Source: the human T2T-CHM13v2.0 reference genome, Homo sapiens
Direction: 5' to 3' (one strand)
Assembly (NCBI RefSeq): GCF_009914755.1
Contig: NC_060947.1
Length of the DNA stretch: 64,000 nucleotides
Positions 52,870 to 64,000 of the stretch are shown here, piece by piece. A program made the translations under genes and the position numbers. Under the pieces are notes generated by a model. That model saw nothing but the letters and a program-made list of their open reading frames with translations, did not search any database and had not been told where the DNA came from. Position 1 is the stretch's first letter, and each line of letters starts with the position of its first letter.

Positions 52870-53282
52870 TAGTTTATCTTAGGTCAAGTTTCCTGGAAAC
52901 AGACTCTGATAGAGAGATTTGCATACAAGAGTTTTATTAGGGAATACATTTGGGATCAATGCCTGTGAGGAAGTGAGGGAAGCAGGACTTGGAGGAGGGA
53001 GAAGTTAAAATGGAAAGCTCCAGCTGCTCCCACGTGGAGCTCTGGAACTGGAATGGCCTTTCAGAGTTGTCTGAAACTGAGGCAAGGAGTGTGAGTTTTT
53101 GTACTCTCATTGGATGCATGATGCTTACCACCTCTGTCCTTCATGGGAGGACATAACCATGGACAAGGCCACCTTAGGCTAAGAGCAAGTCCCTAAAGAG
53201 GGACACAGCTGTGAATCATCAGCAGCCAACACTTCCAGCAGCTGGAGGAGATCTAGGTGGTGCACTACGATACCCATGACAA
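52870..53282 (-). mobile_element. ERVL solo LTR (LTR16A-like)
   Basis: ggaaacagactctga...gggatcaatgcctgtgagg...gagctctggaactggaatggcctttcagagttgtc. Confidence 0.7.
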
Positions 53283-53432
53283 GTTACCTGGCCAAACCTC
53301 AGAGAAAGCTTTCAGAACAGGTTGCTGTGAATCCTTTCACCTCTTTTCCCACATTCTTTCATGGCTAGAATTGACAATTAGGAAGAAAGTTACAGGACTC
53401 CCAGATTTTGGATGTGAGCAACTGAAGAACTT

Positions 53433-53714
53433 TTTTTTTTTTTTGAGTCTCAGTCTGTCACCCAGGCTGGAGTGCAGTGGCACCATCTTGGCTCACGGCA
53501 ACCTTCGCATCCTGGGTTCAAGTGATTCTCCTGCCTCAGCCTCCTGAGTAGCTGGGATTACAGGTGTGTGCCACCATACCCAGCTAATTTTTGTATTTTC
53601 AGTAGAGACGGGGTTTCACCATGTTAGTCAGGCTGGTCTCAAACTCCTGACCTCAAGTGATCCACCTGCTTCCCAAAGTGCTGGGATTACAGGCATGAGC
53701 CACTGCACCCAGCC
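53433..53714 (-). mobile_element. Alu (AluSx/Sz-like)
   Basis: Dimer; TSD caact(g/a)aagaactt. Confidence 0.95.
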
Positions 53715-53744
53715 CAACTAAAGAACTTGTTAAAAAGTCCCTGA

Positions 53745-54238
53745 TTTGAGAAAATGGATGGATGTTGGTGCAGTTTATTGAGATGGGTAAGAGAAAAGCT
53801 TAGGGTAGAGAGAAATCAAGATTTTAGTCTTGGACAAGCTAAGTTTGAGATGTCTGTGAAGCATCCAAATGCAGATGTAAATTAGGTAATTGAATATATG
53901 AGTGTGGAGCTTAGAGAAGTCTAGGATATTTCGGTTACTTGGGATTTAGGATTGTGTTGAAAGGCATAGGAATGAATGAGATCATTTAAGAAGGGAGTAC
54001 AGAATAAGAAGAGAAAACCTAGAACTGAGTCTTCATGGAATCTTCAGCACTTAATGGCTGGATAGAGGACAAAGAGGAGACAGAGATGGAGTAATCAGAG
54101 AGGTAGGAAGAATGCCACAAGAATACTGTGTCACAAAAGCAATGGGAAGAGAACGCTTTAAAGAATGAAGAAGTGTTTAGCAGAATTAAATATTGCTGGG
54201 CTCTTCATGGGCTAGAATGTATGGGGAAAAAAGAAAAA

Positions 54239-54269
<31 letters not shown>

Positions 54270-54530
54270 ATATTGCTGGGAAGTGAAGCAAGTTGAGAAT
54301 AGAATTTTTTCCTTCGGATTTAACAACATGAGAAGCCATTGGTGATCTTTGTGAGAGCTCATTTTGGGGAATTTTGGGGGCAGAAGGCCACATTGGTGTG
54401 GGTTGAATAATGAGTAGAAAGTGAGGCAATAAAGGCAGTGAGTATAGAATATTCAAGAAACTGGTTGTGATTAAGAAGGGGCAAAGAAATATGGGGCAGT
54501 TAGCTGAAAGGGTATGTGAATTTGAAGAAT
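53745..54530 (-). mobile_element. L2 fragment
   Basis: ttggacaagctaagtttgagatgtctgtg...ggatttaacaacatgagaagccattggtgatcttt. Confidence 0.75.
54187..54280 (+). mobile_element. Micro-retroposon: 26-nt body plus A/(AAAT)n tail with 14-bp TSD
   Basis: taaatattgctggg at 54187-54200 and 54267-54280 flank ctcttcatgggctagaatgtatgggg and an A-rich tail. Confidence 0.75.
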
Positions 54531-54559
54531 TTGTTTGCTTATCTGCTGGCTTACTTGTT

Positions 54560-55018
54560 TTTGGAAATTTTCATTGAAGTGTAACATACATAAAGAAAAG
54601 CACAAATCAGGTGTACAGTTTGATGAATTTTCACAATCTGAATACAATCCGTGGAATCAGCATCCAGATAAAAAAAAGAACACTCCAGGAGTCCCCTTGT
54701 GACCAGTTCAGTAACTAGCCCCTACAAGGGTAACCATTATCCTAACTTCTAACACCACAGAGTAATGTTCCTTATATTTGAACTCTAATAGAGTCATCCA
54801 TTATGTGTTCTTTTGTGTCTGGCTTTTATCACACAGCATTGTTTGTGAGATACATCCATATTACTATGTATAGTATGTAATACTATGTAATAGCATTGCA
54901 TTCATTCTCATTGTAGCATATTATCCCAGTGTGTTAATTTATCCATTCTACTGCTAAAGGATATTAGGGTAGTTTCCAGTTTGAGGTCATTACAAGCAGT
55001 ACATTCTTGTATGTGTTT
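54560..55018 (-). mobile_element. Old L1ME-type 3' fragment, left part (continues at 62719)
   Basis: ttcattgaagtgtaacataca...ttagggtagtttccagtttg...acattcttgta. Confidence 0.7.
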
Positions 55019-55445
55019 CTTCTTTTAAATACTCAAATGAACCTTGAATGTATTTCAAACAAGTGATTTTTCACAAAGCACTCAAACTTTAAAAAACATA
55101 GCTTTGTAAAAAAAATACACAAATCTTAAAGACTATCCTATGATCTGATTTTGTAAAATAACTTCACGAATATCAGAGCAATTTATTAAGATTGTAAATA
55201 TTCATAAGATGTTTCTAGTTATATTTCCATATATTTGAATGTTACAGTGAAAGAGCTGCTCAAAAACTAATCCCCTCTGTAAATCTCCAAATGATTTTCC
55301 AGCTTCAAGTAATCCATAAGCCCATTTATGGCCACATTCCTTAAATGTTTGCTACGACATAAGCCAGCAGTTAAGTACTGGAAAGAAACTTCGATTTCCA
55401 GGACCTATGTGGATAGGCAACAAGTCAAATTCAAACATCTTATTT

Positions 55446-56702
55446 TTTTAAAAAAGTTTTATTGAGGTGAAACTTACATAACATAAAACTAACCATTTAT
55501 TTATAAAAGCGAACAGTTCAGTGGCATTTATTGCATTCATGATGTTGTGCAACAATCACCTCTGTCTAGTTCCAAAACATTTTCATCATCCCAAAAGGAA
55601 GCCCTTTGCCCATTAAGCAGATTCTCTGCATTCCTCCTTACCCCCTCTCTCTGCCCCTGACAACCACCAACCTGCCTTCAGTCTCTATGGATTTGCCTAT
55701 TCTGAATATTTTGTATAAGTGGAATCATACAATATGTGACCTCTTGTGTCTAGCTTCCATCACTTAGCATAGAATTTTTAAGGTTCAACCACACATTGCA
55801 GCATATATCAGTACTTCATTCCTTTTCATGGCTGAATAATATTCCATTGTATGAATGTACCACAATTTGTTTATTCATTCCTTCATTGACAGATATTTGA
55901 GCTGTTTCCACTTTGGCTATTGTGAATAATACTGCTGGAACCTGAGTGTACATGTATTTGTTATAGTACCTGTTCTCAATTCTTTTGGGTATACACCTAG
56001 GAGTGAAATTGCTGGGTCATATCATAATTCTATGTTAATCTTTTTAAGAAACCACCAAACTTTTCTGCATAGTGGCTCAACCACTTTACATTACCACCAG
56101 AAATGTAGAAAATCTTCTGCAATTTAAGACAGTCTCTCCACATCCTCTCCAACACTTACTATTTTCTGTTTTGTTTCCTTTCATTTCTTGGTAACAGTCA
56201 TCCTAGTGAATGTGAAAACCTCATTCCAGTTTTTATTTAAATTTCCTAATGACTAATGATGTTGGGCATCTTTTCTTTACATGTGCTGTTTGGCCATTTA
56301 TATATCTTCTTTGGAGAAACGTCTCTTCAAATTATTTGCCCACTTATAATTAGGTTGTTTGTCTTTTTGTGTTGAGTTGTAAGAGTTCTTTATATTTTCT
56401 GGACACTAGACCCTTACTAGATATATGGTTTACAAGTATCTTTTCCCATTGTGTAGGTTGTCTTTTCACTTTCTTGATAATTTCTTTTAACGAAATCGAG
56501 ATAATCATGTGGTCTTTTTCCTTCCTTCTATTAATGTGGTGGTTTACATTGATTGATTTTCCTTTGTTAAACCACCTTTGCATTCCTAGGATAATTCCAC
56601 TTGGTCATGGAGAACAATTCTTTTAATGTGCTGTTGGATTCAGTTGGCTAGTATTTTCTGAGGATTTTTGCATCTATAATCATAAAGGATATTGGCCTAT
56701 AA
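55446..56702 (-). mobile_element. L1MB-type 5'-truncated element with an internal ORF2 deletion (~56490)
   Basis: L1MB 3' UTR (cagttcagtggcattt...gttgtgcaacaatcacc); TSD caaacatc(t/c)tattt at 55432-55445 and 56703-56716. Confidence 0.85.
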
Positions 56703-57144
56703 CAAACATCCTATTTGAAAGGGAAAAAGAAAAATGTAACAATGCTTTTTAATCAAGAAACAGAATAGGGAAAGTCAAAAATCACATAACAGCAATATAA
56801 CCTTGAACAATATTTTGTAACATTGGAAAACTTAATTGTCCATACATCTTGCAGGGAAATTTCTTTCAAGAAGGACCTTAATCTATTCAATATATTAAAA
56901 ACAACTAAATTTTAAGTTCAAGACATTTTAAAGAAGAGGAAACAGTGCCACAGAAGATAAGTGATTTGCATGTGGTGACATTTATGAGAAGCAGGAATTG
57001 GCAGTGTTATTTTCTAACCACTCACTTTCCACTACACCACTCTATCTTTTACTACTAATCTCCAAGACTTTGGCTTCCTTACCAAAAAATCCATACCACC
57101 AAATTTTCCCTTGCTTCTAACTGCAAAAGTGTTCTGCAATTTAA

Positions 57145-57500
<356 letters not shown>

Positions 57501-57535
57501 CAGTCAGTCAGGATTTTATTATAAAAACCTTTCAT

Positions 57536-60500
57536 AGCTGGGCACGGTGACTCACACCTGTAATCCCAACACTTTGGGAGGCCGAGGCCAGAGGATGGCT
57601 TGAGGCCAGGAGTTTGAAACCAGCCTGGGCAACACAGCGAAATTCCATCTCTAAAAAAATATTTTTTTACACTGGTTTTCATCTCTTTATTACCTCATAG
57701 AATTTTTAAATTTTTTAACTTTTTATTTTTGGGGTATATAGTAGGTATATATATATTTATGGGTTACATGATATATTTTGATGCAGATATGCAATGAGTA
57801 ATAATCACATCAGAGTAAATGGGGTATCCATAACCTCAAGAATGTATCCTTTATGTTACAAACCATCAAATTATACTCTTAATTATTTTAAACTCTACAA
57901 TTAAATTATTTTTTACTATAGTTACTCTGTTTTGCTAGCAAATACTAGGTCTTATCCATTCCTTCTATTTTTTTTTGTACCCATTAACCATCTCCACTTT
58001 CTCACCATCCCCTACTACCATTCCCAGCCTCTGGTAACCATCCTTCTACTTTATCTCCATGAGTTCAATTGTTTTAATTTTTAGTTCCCACAAATAAGTG
58101 AGAACACGCAAAGTTTGTCTTTCTGTGCCTGGCTTATTTCACTTGACATAATGACCTCCATTCCCATCCATGTTGTTGCAAATGACAGGATCTCATTCTT
58201 TTTCATGGCTGAATAGTACTCCATTGTGTATATGTACCACATTTTCTTTATCCATTCATCTGTTGATGGACACTCAGGTTGCTTCCAAATCTTGGCTTTT
58301 GTGAGTAGTGCTACACTAAACATGGGAGTGCAATCTCTTTGATATACTGATTTCCTTTCTTTTGGGTATATACCTAGCAATGGGATTGCTGGATCATATG
58401 GTAGCTCTATTTTCAGTTTTGTGAGGAGCTTCCAAACTGTTTTCCAAAGTGGTTTTACTAATTGACATTCCCACCAACAGTGTACGAGGGTTCCTTTTCT
58501 CCACATCCTCACCAGCATTTGTTATTGCCTGTCTTTTGCATATAAGCCATTTTAACTAGAGTAAGATGATATCTCATTGTAGTTTTGATTTGCATTTCTC
58601 CAACGATCAGTTTTATTGAGCACCTTTTCATCTGACTGCCATTTGTATGCCCTCTTTTGAGAAATGTTTATTTAGATCTTTTGACCATTTTTAAATTGGA
58701 TTATTAGATTTTTTTTCCTATAGAGTTGTTTCAGCTCTTTACATATTCTGGTTGTTAATCCCTTGTCAGATGAATAGTTTGCGAATATTCTCTTTCATTC
58801 TGTGAATTGTCACTTCATTTTGTTGATGGTATCCTTTGCTGTGCAGAAGCTTTTAACTTGACATGATCTCATTTGTCCATTTTTGCTTTGGGTGCCTGTG
58901 CTTGTGGGGTATTACTCAAGAAATCTTTGCCCACTCCAGTGTCTTGAAGAGCTTCCCCAAAGTTTTCTTATAATAGTTTCCTGGTTTCCGGTCTCATATT
59001 TAAGTCTCTAATCACTTTTGATTTGGTTTTTGTATATGGTGAGAGATGGGGTCTAATTTCATTCTCCTGTATGTGGATACCCAGTTTTCCCAGCACCATT
59101 TATTGAAGAGACTGTCCTTTCCCCTATGTATGTCCTTGGCACCTTTGTCAAAAATGAGTTTACTCTCAATGTATGAATTTATTTCTGGGTTCTCTATTCT
59201 GTTCCAATGGTCTATGTGTCTGTTTTTATGCCAGTACCATGCTGCTTTGTTTACTATAGCACTGTTGTATAATTTGAAGTCATGTAATGTGATTCCTCCA
59301 GTTTTGTTTGTTTTTCTTAGTATAGCTTTGGCTATTCTGGGTATTTTGTAGTTCATATACATTTTAGGATTGTTTTTTCTATTTCTGTGAAAAATATCAT
59401 TGGTATTTTGATAGGGATTGCATTGAATCTATAGATTGCTTTGAGTAGTATGGACATTTTAACAATATTGATTCTTCCAACCCATGAACATGGAATATCC
59501 TTCCATTATTGTGTCCTCTTCCATTACTTTCATCAGTGTTTTATCATTTTCATTGTAGAGATCTTTCATTTCTTTAATTCCTATGTATTTAATTTTACTT
59601 GTAGCTCTTGTAAATGGTATTACTTTCTTGATTTCTTTTTCAGATTGTTCACTGTTGACACATGGAAATGTTACTGATTTTTGTATGTTGATTTTGTATC
59701 CTGCAAATTTACTGATTTCCTTATCGGTTCTAATAGTGTTTTGGTGGAGTATTTGGGTTTTTTTCCAAATATAAGATCATATCATCTGCATAAAAAGGAT
59801 AGTTTGACTTCTTCATTTCCAGTTTGGATGCCCTTTATTTCTTTCTTCACTGGGAGACTTTATTACAGCTTCTACCTCATCATTTGTTATTGGTCTGTTC
59901 AGAGTTTGGATTTCTTCCTGGTTCAATCATGGTAGGTTGTATGTGTCTAGGAATTTGTACATTCCTCTAGATTTTCCAATTTATTTCCATAGTAGTACCA
60001 ATGATCTTTTGAATTTCTGCAGTATCAGTTGTAATGACTCCTTTTTCAGCTCTGATATTATTTGAGTCTTCTCTCTTTTTTTCTTAGTCATTCTGAATAA
60101 TGGTTTGTCAATTTTCTTTATGTTTAAAAAAAGTTTTTGTTTCGTTGATCTTCTATATGTTTTCTTCATTTAAATTTCATTTACAATCTTTCTGCTATGA
60201 TCTTTATTATTTCTTTTCTTCTACTAATTTTTCTAATTTTACTAGTCATGCATTTGAAATTTTACTGATTTTACTAATCATGCATTTGAAATGTTTCATC
60301 TTTTTTATGTAGGCATTTATGGCTATAAACTTCCCTCTTACTACTGCTTTTGCTGTATCCCATAGGTTTTCATATGTTGTGTTTCCAGTATCATTTTGTT
60401 CCAAGAAATCTTCAATTTCCTTCTTAATTTCTTCATTGACTCATTGGTCATTCAGGCGCATATTGTTTAATTTCCATGGGTCTGTAAAGTTTCCAAAATT

Positions 60501-61843
60501 CCTCTTATTTATTTCTAGTTTTATTCCACTTTGGTTAGAGAAGATACTTAATATTGTTTCAATTTTTTTAATATTTTAAGATTTGTTTTGTGACCTAACA
60601 TATGTTCTATCTTTGATAATGATCCATGTGCTGAGGAAAAAAAATGCATATTTTGCAGTTGTTGGATAAAATGTTCTGTAAATGTATATTAGGTCCATTT
60701 GTTTCATAGTATAGATTGTCTCGTGTTTCTTTGTTGGTTTTTTGTCTGGAAGATCTGTCCAGTGCTGAAAGTGGGGTGTTGAAGTCTCCAGCTATTGTTG
60801 TATTGGAGTCTGTCCCTCTTTTGCTCAAATAATATTTGCTTTATATTTCTGGGTGCTCCAGTGTTGGGTGTGTATATATTTAGTTGGTGTTCTATAACCT
60901 TCTTGTAATTGGATGTTGATATCTTTCTCTAGGTTTAGACAAAGTCTTCTTTACTTTTCCCCCTCTTCTCCTCAAGTAGAAGGAAGCGGTCTTTTTAGGA
61001 GCTGTGAGCTGTGCTCTCTGGAGTTCGGGGACAGGTGGTACAAGCACTCCCTTAGCCACCCTGGCTGGTGTCCCAGTAGGTCACATGTTCCCCAAGTCCA
61101 CTGGTTCTGAGTCCAGCTCAGTACTATGACTTGCCTAGGAGTTGCAGTTCTTGTGACCTAGACTACTTTCAAGTTTTTTTTTAGGGCCGCAGACACCTTT
61201 AGCCATTAGTGGTGAGGCTTGGTGGAACTCAAGTTCCCACCACTGGGACGGGCAATTCCCCTCTGGCTAGGGCGCATCTAAATGCTCCCTCTGTGATTGG
61301 GCGTCAGCTAAGTTCAGTGCAGTTTTGCTTTCTGTTGTGACAGGGCAGCACTGAATTCAATGCAAAGTCTCATGATCGCTGTGCTCTCCCTCTCCCAAGC
61401 AAACAGATCGTCTCTCAGTGATAAATGGTTACTGTCAGGGGGTGGGGGACGAGTGGTGACAGTAATCAAGATTATCTCTCCTATCCTCTTCAGTGCCTAT
61501 TTCAGCAGTATGAAGTTAAAACCAGGTACTGTGATTATTTACCTGAATTTTTATTCTTATGGAGGTGCTTTTTTTCGTACAGGTAGTTGTTAAATTTGGT
61601 GTTCCTGAGGAGCAGATGATTGGTGGAGACTTCTATTTGGTCATCTTGCTCCACCTCCTCTCCAAAATATATGTATTTTTTAGTTAGCTGGGTGTGGTGG
61701 TGCATGCCTGTAGTTCTAGTTATTCTGGAAGCTGAGGTGGGAGGATCCCTTAAGTCCAGGAGGTCAAAGCTACAGTGAGCTATGATGGCACCGCTGTACT
61801 CCAGTCTGAGCAACAAAACAATACCCTGTCTCTAAAAAAACAA
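57536..61843 (+). mobile_element. AluJo split at its central A-linker: left arm 57536-57660, right arm ~61683-61843
   Basis: Left and right monomers ~4 kb apart share TSD aaaaacctttca (57523-57534 and 61844-61855). Confidence 0.9.
57662..61663 (-). mobile_element. L1MA2-like element with both termini but several internal deletions
   Basis: 5' end ggagaggaggtggagcaagatgacc...aggaacaccaaatttaacaac on the minus strand; L1MA-type 3' UTR at ~57710-58100; ORF2 fragments between. Confidence 0.85.
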
Positions 61844-62718
61844 AAAAACCTTTCAGATACTTGAAGTACAATTATCCATGTGTCCAAGTTCTTTAATATT
61901 TTCTTTGTTAGTGTTATTTCCTAAGCTTTTCAAGCTACAACATCCTGGACTGGTACATGCTTTCTACACCTCTCAAGGCTAATATACTATCTTAATAAAG
62001 GTGAGTTCACAGGATAATCTGAGCAGCTGTTGATTGTGAAAGTGGATGTGAGATTTTAAAGTTTGAAAAGTGACATGAAAATACCAAACCTATTTGAAAT
62101 GTTCAGGTTGAAATGTTCAAATTAAGAGTAATGTTGAGAGACAAGAGAGTAAAAACATGTACAATAATGGTTTAATTCACATGCATGAGTCAATCATATT
62201 AGTAGGTGGGTGGTACTAGAAGTGGGTGGAAATAGGATGGTGAAAATGAGGGAGAAAAACCAACTATAAAAAAATGTGCCAATTCAAAGTTCAGAGGAAC
62301 TGTAAGTGAATCAATTTGTATTCCTGCAAAATAATTTACACAATGATCTGTCACATATCAAGCTTAATATGACATTCTGCCTCTGGTATCCTTATGAGGA
62401 AGTGTCAAAGAGCCCAACATTTCAGTTTTTTTCATTGGTAATTTCAAGCTCTGTAGCACTGTGGTTCTATTGTATTTTGTCCTTTTGAATTTTTCCCACA
62501 TTTCCCCACTTTTGGTGGTTCTTTCTCTTTGTTTTTACTCCCCACAGCTGAACTGCTTCCTCCTGCCCACCCCTCTTTGCAACTGTGGAGCCCCACCCTG
62601 GCCACTGTGCTTCTCCAATGGCCTTGACCACCACTGCAGCCACCATCTAAAGAGAATTGAGAGATTCCTCTCACTTCCCCTTTTTCAGGCTCCCAAGTGC
62701 TGCAGCAGCAATAGTAGC

Positions 62719-62995
62719 CTTGTACATATTTTTTGGTAAACATAGTTGCACTTCTGTTGAGTTTATACTTAGAATTGAAACCATTAAGTAATGCAGTATG
62801 GATATATACTCTCCTTTGAAAGATATTGCCAAGGAGTTTTCCAAATTATTGTACCAATTTATAATCCTACCAGTGATGAATAACAATTCAAGTTTCTCTT
62901 CATCCTTGCTAAACAGTTGGCATTGTCTTTTTTTTTTTATTCTTTCATTTTAGCCATGCTGATGAAAATGTAGTGGTATCTTACTTTGGTTTGCT
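62719..62995 (-). mobile_element. Old L1ME-type fragment, right part
   Basis: cttgtacatattttttggtaaacata...ttttccaaattattgtaccaattta...tagtggtatct. Confidence 0.7.
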
Positions 62996-63014
62996 GTTGT
63001 TGTCCATGTCTTTC

Positions 63015-64000
63015 TTTTAATTATTTTGAAATAATTGTAGACTCATGAAAAAGTTACAAAAATAGTACAAAGCATTCCAAGATACCCTTCACCTAAATTC
63101 CCCTCATATTAGAATCTTATTTTTTTAAGACAGTGTCGCACGCTATTGCCCAGGCTGGAGTGCAGTGGCTGGCACTATTACAGCTCAAACTTCTGGGCTC
63201 AAGGGATCCTCCTGCCTCAGCCCCTCAAGTAGCTGTGACTACAGCAGTGTGCCACCATGCCAGCTAACGTTAACATCTTAAACACCCATGGTTCAGCTTT
63301 AGCAATCATGATATTAATATTGATCCAATACAATTAACTAATTTACAGGCCTTATTTGAATTTTGTCAGTTGTCCCACTAATGTCTTCTTTCTGGTCCAG
63401 GATCCAATTGCATTTAATTATCATGTCTCCTTAGTCTCCTCCAATCTGTGACAATTCCTCAGTCTTCATCTTTCATGACTATGGAGGGTTAAATAATGGC
63501 CCCAAAGATGTTCATGTTCTAATCCCAGTCTTATATGACAAAAAGGACTTTGCAGATACTATTAAGTTAAGAATCTTAAGATGGGGTGATAACTCTGGAT
63601 TGTTCAGGTAGCCCCAATGTAATCACAAAGGTCCTTAATAAGGGGGAAGGCAGGCAGGAGAGAAGAGTCAGTAGTAGGAAATACAACAATGGAAGCAAAA
63701 TGGTGGAGCAGTGTAAGGAAAGGGTCATGAACCAAGGCATGCAGGTGGCCTCTAGAAGGTTAAAAGAAAAGGGAATTGATTCTCCCTTTAGAGACTCCAG
63801 AAGGAATGCAGCCCTGCTGATGACTTAACTTTAGACTTCTGACTTCCAGAACTGTAAGAAAATGAATTTGTGTTACTTTAAGCCGCTATGTTTGTGGTAA
63901 TTTGTTACAGCAGCAATAGGAAACTAATACAATGACCTCTATACTTTTGAAGAGCACTAGTCAGTTATTTTGTAGAATGTCCCTAATTGGAGCTTGTTTG
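63015..64000 (-). mobile_element. L1MC-type 3' UTR hosting a FAM/FLAM-like Alu monomer (~63120-63265) and an MLT1 LTR
   Basis: ttattttgaaataattgtagactca...gtccaggatccaat...cagttattttgtagaatgtccct. Confidence 0.7.
63480..63931 (+). mobile_element. MaLR solo LTR (MLT1C/D-like)
   Basis: aataatggccccaaagatgttcatgt...cagcagcaataggaaactaataca; 5-bp TSD atgac at 63475-63479 and 63932-63936. Confidence 0.9.

Noticed and set aside
62370-62436. Minus-strand MKKTEM start reminiscent of SLC38A2 (MKKAEM)
   Set aside because: Similarity ends after six residues and no transporter sequence follows; the parent of the putative retrocopy remains unidentified.

Overview
Primate (human-like) intergenic or intronic DNA, roughly two-thirds interspersed repeats (L1, L2, MIR, Alu, MaLR/ERV LTRs, MER DNA-transposon relics). 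I found no supportable host protein-coding exon, RNA gene or CRISPR array. The main landmarks are: (1) a near full-length processed pseudogene of DNAJA1 on the minus strand (~14897-17330), with a perfect heat-shock element at its 5' tip; (2) a full-length young L1 (L1PA3/L1PA2-like, 28689-34751) with intact ORF1 and ORF0 but disrupted ORF2, enclosed with an upstream Alu by a single TSD; (3) an oppositely oriented 5'-truncated L1PA6/7-like copy (40392-44309); (4) a repeat-free block at ~48.5-50.5 kb with a near-perfect RFX X-box and CRE/E-box motifs; (5) a deeply nested insertion complex at 54.5-63 kb, which appears to hide an old, fragmented retrocopy of an unidentified mRNA and an ancient L1 3' transduction, with a 26-nt TSD-flanked micro-retroposon just upstream (54187-54280). 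Subfamily calls and parent-sequence comparisons are from memory of consensus sequences, not from a search. I do not see convincing evidence of a wholly new biological system; the best leads are the hidden retrocopy, the micro-retroposon and the candidate regulatory elements.
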